Source of the DNA: Paramoeba atlantica
Lineage: Eukaryota; Protista; Discosea
Assembly (NCBI GenBank): GCA_977017575.1
Contig: CDRNVI010000207.1
Span: 1 to 64,000, forward strand
Length of the DNA: 64,000 nt
Direction of reading: 5' to 3'
This document shows, piece by piece, positions 1-9,342 of this stretch. The notes beneath the pieces are model-generated. The model ran no database searches. It was not told where the DNA came from and saw only the letters and a program-made list of their open reading frames with translations. Both the position numbers and the translations under genes were made by a program. The first letter of the stretch is position 1; the number at the start of each line of letters is the position of its first letter.

Positions 1-1325
1 GAATTTTCACAATTTCTTCAAAACCATTGGAAGCAGCTTTGTGAAGAGCGGTCAAGCCATACTTAACAAAAAAAGGTTATTAAAAGAATAAAAACAAAAT
101 AAAGATCACACAGCCAACAAGAATTTAACCACAACAAATAAAATGAGAAATCAAAAAGAAAGAAAATCAAAACATAATTTTGAAGATCAACATTGGATCC
201 ATGTTTAAGAAGAATCTTCACAATTTCTTCAAAACCATTCTCAGTGGCAAGGTGAAGAGCAGAGCCATACTTAACAAAAAGAAATTGTTAAAAAAATAAA
301 AACAAAATAAAGATCACACAACCAATAAAACAACATGAACATCCAAGAATTTAACCACAACACAAAGAAAATCAAAACTTCAGTTTGAAGATCAACATTG
401 GATCCATGTTCAACAAGAATTTTCACAATTTCTTCAAAACCATTGGAAGCAGCAAGGTGAAGAGCGGTCAAGCCATACTTAACAAAAAAAGGTTATTAAA
501 AGAATAAAAACAAAATAAATATCACACAACCAACAAGAATTTAATCACAACAAATAAAAGAGAAATCAAAAAGAAAGAAAATCAAAACATAATTTTGAAG
601 ATCAACATTGGATCCATGTTTAAGAAGAATCTTCACAATTTCTTCAAAACCATTCTCAGCAGCAAGGTGAAGAGCAGAGCCATCCTTAACAAAAAGAAAT
701 TGTTAAAAAAATAAAAACAAAATAAAGATCACACAACCAACAAAACAACATGAACATCCAAGAATTTAACCACAACACAAAGAAAATCAAAACATAATTT
801 TGAAGATCAACATTGGATCCATGTTTAAGAAGAATCTTCACAATTTCTTCAAAACCATAGGAAGCAGCAAGGTGAAGAGCAGAGCCATCCTTAACAAAAA
901 GAAATTGTTAAAAAAATAAAAACAAAAGAAAGATCACACAACCAATAAAACAACATGAACATCCAAGAATTTAACCACAACACAAAGAAAATCAAAACTT
1001 CAGTTTGAAGATCAACATTGGATCCATGTTCAACAAGAAGCTTCACAATTGCTTCAGAACCTTTCTCAGCAGCTTTGTGAAGAGCGGTTATTCCATACTT
1101 TAAGAAAAAAGAAGTTGTTAAAAAAAAGAAACAAAGAACCAAGAGAGAACAGAAGAAAGAAAGGTTTTGAAAAACCTTGTCATCAAACTTGAAGTTGATA
1201 TCAAGTTTGAATTGTTTGTTTTCTTTTCCAAGAAGAAGAGCTTTGACAACCTCTTCATCTCCATTCTCAACACCTTCAAAAAGATTCTTTGTTTCTTTGT
1301 TTGGACCTTCTTCTTCTTCGTCCAT
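1..1325 (-). CDS. Ankyrin-repeat protein, paralog 1 (3' end runs off window)
   Basis: ATG at 1325. Exons 1176-1325 (N-cap, 50 codons), 999-1097, 794-889, 589-684, 379-477, 174-269, 1-61. Each internal exon is one ankyrin repeat (e.g. YGITALHKAAEKGSEAIVKLLVEHGSNVDLQTE) with GT..AG phase-0 introns. Confidence 0.93.
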
Positions 1326-1510
1326 CTTTCTTCTTTGATGTTTTTTTGTGAGACCAAGAGAGAGAGAGAGAGAGAAAAGAGAGAGACAAGGTGTTGATAT
1401 TTTGTTTTTTTTGGATGAGAAGAGAAAATGGACAAATGGTTTGGAGGGACACATCAATAATGGTGTCCCCTCTTCTTTTTCTTTTTCTCTTTCACAAAAA
1501 CGCAAGAAAG

Positions 1511-2928
1511 ATGGACAAAGAAGAAGAAGGTCCAAACAAAGAAACAAAGAATCTTTTTGAAGGTGTTGAGAATGGAGATGAAGAAGTTGTCAAAGCTCTT
1601 CTTCTTGGAAAAGAAAACAAACAATTTAAACTTGATATCAACTTCAAGTTTGATGACAAGGTTTATTTCAAAAACAATTTTCTTTTCCTTTTTTTTCTCT
1701 CTCTCTCTCTTTTCATTTTTTTTTTAACAACTTCTTTTTGTTAAGTATGGAGAGACCACTCTTCACAAAGCTGCTGAGTATGGTTTTGAAGAAATTGTGA
1801 AGATTCTTCTTGAACATGGATCCAATGTTGATCTTCAAACTGAAGTTTTGATTTTCTTTCATATTGATTTTCATTTCTCATTTGATTTGTTGTTGTTCAT
1901 TCTTGGTTGTTCATGTTGTGTGATGGTTGGGTGATCATTTGTTTTTTCTTTTTTCTTTTCACAACTTCTTTTTGTTAAGTTTGGCTGGATCGCTCTTCAC
2001 TCTGCTGCTTACGGTGGCTTTGAAGAAATTGTGAAGATTCTTCTTAAACATGGATCCAATGTTGATCTTCGAACCGAAGTTTTGATTTTCTTTCTTGATT
2101 TTTCATTTCTTATTTGATTTGTTGTTGTTAATTCTTGGATGTCCATGTTGTTCCTGATGGTTTGTGTGATCTTTTGTTTTGTTTTATTCTTTTAACAACT
2201 TTCTTTTTGTTAAGTTTGGCTTGACCGCTCTTCACTTTGCTGTTTCCAATGGTTTTGAAGAAATTGTGAAGATTCTTCTTGAACATGGAGCGAACATTCA
2301 TCTTCAAAATCAAGTTTTGATTTTCTTTGTGTTGTGGTTAAATTCTTGGATGTTCATGATGTTGTTCTGATGGTTGTGTGATATTTATTTTGTTTTATTC
2401 TTTTAACAATTTCTTTTTGTTTAAGTATGGAGAGACCGCTCTTCACTATGCTGCTTCCAATGGTTTTGAAGAAATTGTGAAAATTCTTGTTGAGTATGGA
2501 TCGAACATCCATCTTCAAAATCAAGTTTTGATTTTCTTTCTTGATATTGATTGAAAATTTTACTTGTTGATTTGTTGGATTGTGGGTTAGGGGAATGGGG
2601 GAATGGGGGAATGGGGATTGGAGGGATTCTTTTCTCAAACTTTCTTTTTCTTTTCTTTTCTTTTTGTTAGGATGGTGAAACGGTTCTTGATGTTGCAAAA
2701 AATCAGAACATTGTTGAATTGATCATTCAACTCAAGGTTTTATTTATTTATTTATTTCTCTCTTCTCTTTTTTTTGACATTTTTCTCTTTTCTTCAAATT
2801 TTTTATTTTCTTTTTTGGGTGAAAGTTGAATAATAATGAAGTGTGGAAATGAATGTTATCTCATATTGTTTTTCTTTGATTTGTAGGGACGAACAATCAA
2901 ACCAGCTCGAACAAAACAAAAAAATTAA
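1511..2928 (+). CDS. Ankyrin-repeat protein, paralog 2 (N-cap + 4 repeat exons + C-cap)
   Basis: Exons 1511-1660, 1746-1844, 1980-2078, 2215-2313, 2426-2524 (four 99-bp repeats), 2671-2736, 2887-2928 (TAA). Spliced frame is open; all introns GT..AG, phase 0. Confidence 0.93.
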
Positions 2929-3263
2929 AGATATAAAATTTTGAGAATAGAAATAGAGAAAGGGAGAAGGAGGGGAGAAAAACGGAGAGACACGAAATAG
3001 AACCATTTTTCAAATTGTTTCAAAAAACGGAAAAAAAACATGGAAAAAAACTCCTTTCACCATCATTTTTCTTTTTGATTCTTTTCTCCTCTCAACCATT
3101 TGAGGTTTGAGATTTTTGAAATTGAAAAGTCAAACTTCTCAACTTCAAAAAAGTTCAAAAGAGAAAAAGGGGACAGCCTTTTTCTGGTGTCCCTCTCTCT
3201 TTTTCTTTTTCCCTCTTTCCCTTTCCATCTCTTGGTCTCACAAAAAAACATCAAAGAAGAAAG

Positions 3264-4786
3264 ATGGACGAAGAAGAAGGTCCAAACAAAGAAACAAAGA
3301 ATCTTTTTGAAGGTGTTGAGAATGGAGATGAAGAAGTTGTCAAAGCTCTTCTTCTTGGAAAAGAAAACAAACAATTCAAACTTGATATCGACTTCAAGTT
3401 CACTGACAAGGTTTATTTCAAAAACAATTTTCGTTTTCCTTTTTTTCTTTCTCTCTCTCTTTTTTCATTTTTCTTTCTTTCTTTCTTTCCTTTTCTCTCT
3501 TGGTTCTTTGTTTCTTTTTTTTAAATTTCTTTTTGTGAAGGAGGAAGTGACTGCTCTTTACTGTGCTGTGAGCAAAGGTTTGAAACAAATTGTGAAGATT
3601 CTTCTTGAACATGGATCCAATGTTGATCTTCAAACTGAAGTTTTAATTTTCTTTGTGTTGTGGTTAAATTCTTGGATGTTCATGATGTTTTGTTGGTTGT
3701 GTGATCTTTATTTTGTTTTTATTCTTTTAACAATTTCTTTTTGTTAAGTTTGGCTGGACTGCTCTTCACTATGCTGCTTCCTATGGTTTTGAAGAAATTG
3801 TGAAGATTCTTCTTGAACATAGATCCCATGTTGATCTTCAAGAGGAAGTTTTGATTTTCTTTCTTTTTGATTTCTCATTTTATTTGTTGTGGTTAAATTC
3901 TTGTTGGTTGTGTGATCTTTATTTTATTTTTACTCTTTTAACAACTTCTTTTTGTTAAGTATGGCTTGACCGCTCTTCACTATGCTGCTTCCAATGGTTT
4001 TGAACAAATTGTGAAGATTCTTGTTGAACATGGATCCAATGTTGATCTTCAAACCGAAGTTTGATTTCTTTTTTTTTGATTTTTGATTTTTCATTTCTCA
4101 TTTGATTTGTTGTTAAATCTTGGATGCTCATGTTGTTCTGATGGTTTGTGATATTTATTTTGTTTTATTCTTTTAACCACTTCTTTTTGTTAAGGCTGGA
4201 AAGACCGCTCTTCACTATGCTGCTTCCTCTGGTTCTAAAGAAATTGTGAAGATTCTTCTTAAACATGGAGCCAATGTTGATCTTCAAAATTATGTTTTGA
4301 TTTTCTTTCTTTTTCATTTGATTTCTCATGTTCATTCTTGTTCATGTTATGTGGTGGTTGTGATCTTTTGTTTTGTTTTTTCTTTAACAACCTTTTTTTT
4401 GTTAAGATTGGAAAGACCGCTCTTCACAAGGCTGCTTCCAATGGTTTTGAAGAAATTGTAAAAATTCTTGTTGAGTATGGATCCAACATTAATATCCAAA
4501 CCACAGTTTTGATTTCTTTTTTGATTTTTTAAAGAAATATTTTTGTTCCCACTTTTTACTTGTTGGTTCTTTTTCAAACTTTCTTTTCTTTTTGTTAGGG
4601 TGGGAAAACAGTCCTTGATGTTGCACAAAATCAGGACATTGTTGAATTGATCATCCAATTGAAGGTTTCATTTTTTTTTTGGTTGAAGTTGACGATTAAT
4701 CAAGTGTGGAAATGAATGTTTTTTCTCATATTTTTCTTTGATTGTAGGGACGAACGATAAAACCAGCTCGAACAAAAGGAAAATAA
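3264..4786 (+). CDS. Ankyrin-repeat protein, paralog 3 (N-cap + 5 repeat exons + C-cap)
   Basis: Exons 3264-3410, 3541-3639, 3749-3847, 3960-4058, 4195-4293, 4407-4505, 4599-4664, 4748-4786 (TAA). Spliced frame is open. Confidence 0.93.
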
Positions 4787-5001
4787 AGTTTTGAGAGTTT
4801 GAGAAAAAAAATAGAATTAGGATGGGAGGGATAAGTTCACAACAAATGTAGAGACACAAAGAAGAAAATAAAGAATCAAAAAACAAATGACAAAAGGAGG
4901 TTTCTCATTTGTGGTTCCCAAATATTAATAATAAAAAGAAAAATAAAGTGTTCTGCTTCTCAAGAGAAGAAGACATTGTTGTTGTTGCGAGTTGGTTTGA
5001 A

Positions 5002-5442
5002 TCAATTTCTTTCTCTTTTTGCGGGTTTGAGAAAAACTCTCAAATTTTCTTTGAAAAATTGGTCAATTTGTGGGATCATCTCAGAATTCTCCGAAGAACC
5101 AAACCCCCAAACACATCCCCTTTCTTTCAATTTCAATCTTTCAATGATTTGATCTTTCATAAAATGATCAGAAGAATAAACCCAAACAAAAACAAACATT
5201 CCATCAATTCCTCCATCAATTTGAGAAACAGCTTCTTCAAAAGAGTTGATCGAATCTTCAAAGAGCTCTTCGGTCCGAAAAATATTCCTTGGATAGAAAA
5301 GAATTCCTTGGCTGTCGTGTTCCGAAATCTGATCTGAAGCAATAAAACTAATTTTTTCTGAATTCAATATTCCAACAATCATCACAGAACCTCCAAGAAC
5401 TAAAATGGTTGGCTTTGTTTCTTTTGAATCAGAAGCCATCAA
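5002..5442 (-). CDS. Hypothetical protein (146 aa)
   Basis: ATG-initiated ORF with globular alpha/beta-like composition (PTILVLGG...IDGMFVFVWVY), divergent from the 5687 gene. No family recognised. Confidence 0.5.
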   Translation of the reverse strand: MMASDSKETKPTILVLGGSVMIVGILNSEKISFIASDQISEHDSQGILFYPRNIFRTEELFEDSINSFEEAVSQIDGGIDGMFVFVWVYSSDHFMKDQIIERLKLKERGCVWGFGSSENSEMIPQIDQFFKENLRVFLKPAKRERN

Positions 5443-5499
5443 TCATCAAAAGCAAACCTCTCTCTCGGAATTGGGTTTCACAAAAAAAACAGAAAAACA

Positions 5500-5568
5500 G
5501 GTGTCCTGTATGGTGTCCCCTTCCAATTACCAAAAACAGACATTGGTGTCCTATTTTTTGGGTGTCCC
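5500..5568. promoter_or_regulatory. Cluster of four GGTGTCC(C/T) motifs in a divergent intergenic region
   Basis: Copies at 5500, 5512, 5545, 5561. The same 8-mer GGTGTCCC lies upstream of ankyrin ATGs (1462, 3186). Regulatory role is inferred. Confidence 0.4.
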
Positions 5569-5686
5569 CTTCTTTTTTGTTTTTCTCTTTCCTCTTTTTC
5601 TCTTTCCCTCTCTTTCCTTTTGTCCTTGTTTTCTCCTCTTTTGCCGAACTTTTTTTTGGTTTGGAAGAGTGGGAGGGATTTAAACC

Positions 5687-6892
5687 ATGTCATCAGAAGA
5701 CTCACCAAAAATGAAGTTGTCAAACATTCACAGAGAGAAATTAATTTCCCTCTTGAAGAGAATGATGGACCAAGAACGAGCAACGGTCGCAATCTCCCCA
5801 TACCAACAACAAGAAGGATTTTGGTTTGGAGGTGGAAATGTCGTTGTTGAAGATGATTGTCTTTGGCTTGTTGGTCGTTTTCGAAACTTTGGTGACTCAA
5901 GAACAGGATTGAAAGCGGGTCTTCGTGGATTGGAGTGCGCTCTCTTTCGTTCTGATAATCAAGGCAAGTCATGGGAAAAAGTTCATAGTTGGACGAAAAC
6001 TCAATTGTCACAATTTTCTGAATCAAAGATACTCTCTATTGAAGGGACTGATCTCCATCGATTAAAAGATGGGAATTGGGAGTTATTCATCTCATCTGAA
6101 AAAGAGGTGAAATATCCTGTAGACCTTGCTTCTTACCAAAAACCTGGAACAGGGATTTGGTCTCTTGACTCACTGAGAGCACCTTCTGTGTTAGAACTTC
6201 ACCCTCGAACTTTGACTCCCCTTCATTTGAGAGGCCATCCTGATCTTCAAGGAGAAGCGGAAAATGAAGAGCGTGAAGCAGTCCATCTTCATCTGAAAGA
6301 TCCAGTTTTGTTTGACATTGAATCAAAAAGTCACGTGACTGCTCTCTTCTTCTGTACTCACCCTTATTCTTGGACATCAAGTAATACTGCAATGGCAATC
6401 CGAACAACCTTACCCACAAAACCCACTCCAACAAAAGAAGATTTTCGAGTGGATACATGGCAAGTGGTCGGGCGAGGAAGTGCATGGGATGTGGCAGTGA
6501 CTCGCATAACATGCAGAATTCCAATCCCGCATTTGGGAATTTTTGCTTCATTACCACCTTGTTCTGTTTATCTGTATGATGGAGCAGAGTGTGTTCGAGA
6601 ACACCAACAAAGTCAAAAAGGACATCATCGTGCAAGGGGGTATTCTTGTGAAGAAATAGGAGGAGCTTTTTTTGGTTGGGATCATGAATTTCCTTCCTTA
6701 ACTCGTTTATCAGATCTCTCTCCTTTCTTTGAATCACATCAAGGAACTGGGTGTAGCCGATATGCGAGTGGAACTTTTCTCCCTTCAGGTTTCTTGATGA
6801 CATGGCAACAGAGCCAAAATGACAAATCACAACCTTTAGTATCACATTTTCTCCCAATGGCAGAAATTGAAACAATACTTTCAAAAGACTGA
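5687..6892 (+). CDS. Intronless BNR/Asp-box beta-propeller (exo-alpha-sialidase-like) hypothetical protein, bacterial-like
   Basis: Uninterrupted 401-aa ORF with Asp-box FRSDNQGKSW (S-x-D-x-G-x-S/T-W). Motifs GFWFGGGN, GRFRNFGDSRTGL, SIEG, HLKDP recall uncharacterised bacterial sialidase-like proteins (from memory, not searched). Confidence 0.7.
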   Translation: MSSEDSPKMKLSNIHREKLISLLKRMMDQERATVAISPYQQQEGFWFGGGNVVVEDDCLWLVGRFRNFGDSRTGLKAGLRGLECALFRSDNQGKSWEKVHSWTKTQLSQFSESKILSIEGTDLHRLKDGNWELFISSEKEVKYPVDLASYQKPGTGIWSLDSLRAPSVLELHPRTLTPLHLRGHPDLQGEAENEEREAVHLHLKDPVLFDIESKSHVTALFFCTHPYSWTSSNTAMAIRTTLPTKPTPTKEDFRVDTWQVVGRGSAWDVAVTRITCRIPIPHLGIFASLPPCSVYLYDGAECVREHQQSQKGHHRARGYSCEEIGGAFFGWDHEFPSLTRLSDLSPFFESHQGTGCSRYASGTFLPSGFLMTWQQSQNDKSQPLVSHFLPMAEIETILSKD

Positions 6893-6953
6893 AAAAAATT
6901 ATTGTTCATGATGATTGGATTTTTATTTTTGTTTTGGTTTTTTTTGGGAATTG

Positions 6954-9182
6954 TTATTTAGGATTAATGAGGGAAAAAATAGCGCGAAGGCGAGTGGAAA
7001 AGTCAAGACCATAGATAAGTGAGACCAACCCAGTTCCAAATGTTAAACTGCCACTTTGGAGGGGATATTGCATAATTTTTGGGATAGTTGTTCGAATAAA
7101 TGATGTCTGTCCACTCATTTTAATTTTGTGTCATCAAAAAAGTTTTAAAATCAAAAGAAAAAAAGGTAAATAACCTGATCAAGAACAACTGATTTTTGCA
7201 AACACAGCGCTTGTAAGCCTTCTGGTCCTGCAAAACGGCCAAATCCTGAGTGTTTCACTCCTCCAAAAGGCAATGATTGAACAAGATAATCTGGAATTAA
7301 AAAAAAATTTAAATTTAAAAAAAGGGTTTCTTTTTGATTATATCTTCCTTCAAAAAAAAAAAAGCAAACTTGTTGCAAAGTCATTGACACAAGTCATACC
7401 AGCTCGAATGCGTTGTCCTAATTGTTCACCTCTAGAATCACTTTTACAAAATACACACGACCCCAACCCAAAATCGGAGTCATTTACGATACGGAGAGCC
7501 TCTTCAGCATCTTTTACACGAAAGATAGTCATCACAGGTCCAAACACCTCTTCTTTGGCAATCCTCATGTCTGGGGTAACATCCGCAAGAACTGTTGGGA
7601 GATAAAATAATCCATTTGGGAGAGTCTCATTTCTTTTTCCTCCTGCCAGAAGCTTTGCACCTCGTTCAACCGCATCATTGACTAATGATTGGATAATATC
7701 TAATTGTTGAGGAGTTACCATGGCACTGACGTCCACATTACCGCTGCCACCAGCGCCTTCACTGAGAGCGGGTCCTTGACGAAGTACTTTCACCTTCTCA
7801 GCCACTTTACGAACAAATTCATCATATAGGCGCTCATGTATAATAATTCTCTCGATTCCACAACAATTTTGGCCTGAATTTTGAAAAGTGCCTCTCATAG
7901 CAATTGGAATACACGCATCAACTTCAGCATCTTCTAGTATCACCATCGGGTCTTTTCCTCCAAGTTCCAAAACAACTGGTTTTAAGTGCTAGGGGGGCAG
8001 GGGTGAGAAAAGAAAAAGAAAAACTCTTCGAAGAATAAAAATGAAAAGAATTTAGACAGACAACAACCTTTGATGCCCCTTCCATCACAAGTTTTCCAAT
8101 TTGAGGAGAACCAGTGAAAAGAATTTTATCAATATCAGGACAGTCCACGAGAGCAGCTCCTGTTCCACCAAAACCAGTCACAACCTGTGTGTTTAAACAA
8201 CATTGGGAAAATCAGACATGTCTCCCCTTTCAAAAAAAATAAAAAAAATGGCTCTTTCTTTTCGCAAAAAAAAAATATACCTGAACAAGGGAAGGATCAT
8301 GTCCTTCTACACGAAGAGCTTCATGGACAATTCGGAGGAAGTAAGATGAACTCCAACTCGTATATTCACTCACTTTGACAACCACTCCATTTCCAGCAAA
8401 GATTCCTGAAATGATGTGGTTATACCTAAAAATAACTATGAATAAGGGAACATTTTTTTGTCATTCAAAAAGAAGAGGGGGAGGTGCAAACAAGTTATGA
8501 AAGGGATAATTCCAAGGAGCGATGACCCCAATTACACCGAGCGGATGATATTCCACAAAAGCTTTCTTGTGAATTGTCATCAGACTTGTTGGTCTTTCCT
8601 GTCTCTGGAGAGCCTCTTCTCCGTGTTTGACAACATAGGAGATTTTTTCACTATTTTTTGGGGGGATTAGCCTTTCATCTCAAACAAAAAGAGGTCAAGT
8701 TGGTGGTGGTCAAACCAAGTGGTGATAATTTCTCCAAGTAAAGCATCAACAAGAGGTTTTCCAGAATCACGAGAGTCGACACGACAAATTTCTTTTTGGT
8801 GTTGGAGGATATACTTTTGAAGAATGAGAAGGACTTGACGACGCTGTTCAAAAGAAGTCGTGGCCCAAGTTTTTTGAGCCACTTTGGCTTCTGCTGCGAT
8901 CCGATACACTTCCTCTCGATCCATTGCCTTGACCACTCCGAGAGAACAACCAGTTGCAGGGTCATAACAATGGACCACGTTTGGATCCTCCTCTTTATGA
9001 ATGGCCATCGAATCTGATCTTTCTTTTGACACATGGACCTCTTCAGAAGCTTCAAGGTCGTTCAACGGAACCTGGATTGTTGGGACTGTTTTCTTCCTTA
9101 AAATGGAAACTGTAAAAGCAATCACCAGAAATGTGACAGCAATCCCAATGGACATACCCATTGAAAGAAAAATTTCCACCAT
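6954..9182 (-). CDS. ALDH22A1: Aldehyde dehydrogenase, family 22 (plant ALDH22A1 / fungal MSC7-like), 7 exons
   Basis: Exons 8716-9182, 8492-8650, 8281-8425, 8068-8184, 7370-7988, 7175-7290, 6954-7106. N-terminal hydrophobic anchor; [46 protein letters not shown] (catalytic Cys), [24 protein letters not shown]; C-terminal IPKIMQYP typical of ALDH22. Confidence 0.9.
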
Positions 9183-9342
9183 CTTGAATGCCCCAAAACC
9201 AACAGGGAGAAGAAGAAGAAGGAAGGGGTGTCGAACCAAAACGGAAAAAGGAGGGTTCGACAAAAAACGCGTGGTGAAAAATCAAGAGCTCTAATTTTAG
9301 AGCGCGACTCCCAAAACTCTTTTCTTGCTTTTCGAGAAATTT

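Noticed and set aside
6087-6884. 265-aa antisense ORF
   Set aside because: Shadow of the 401-aa plus-strand gene with no recognisable motifs.
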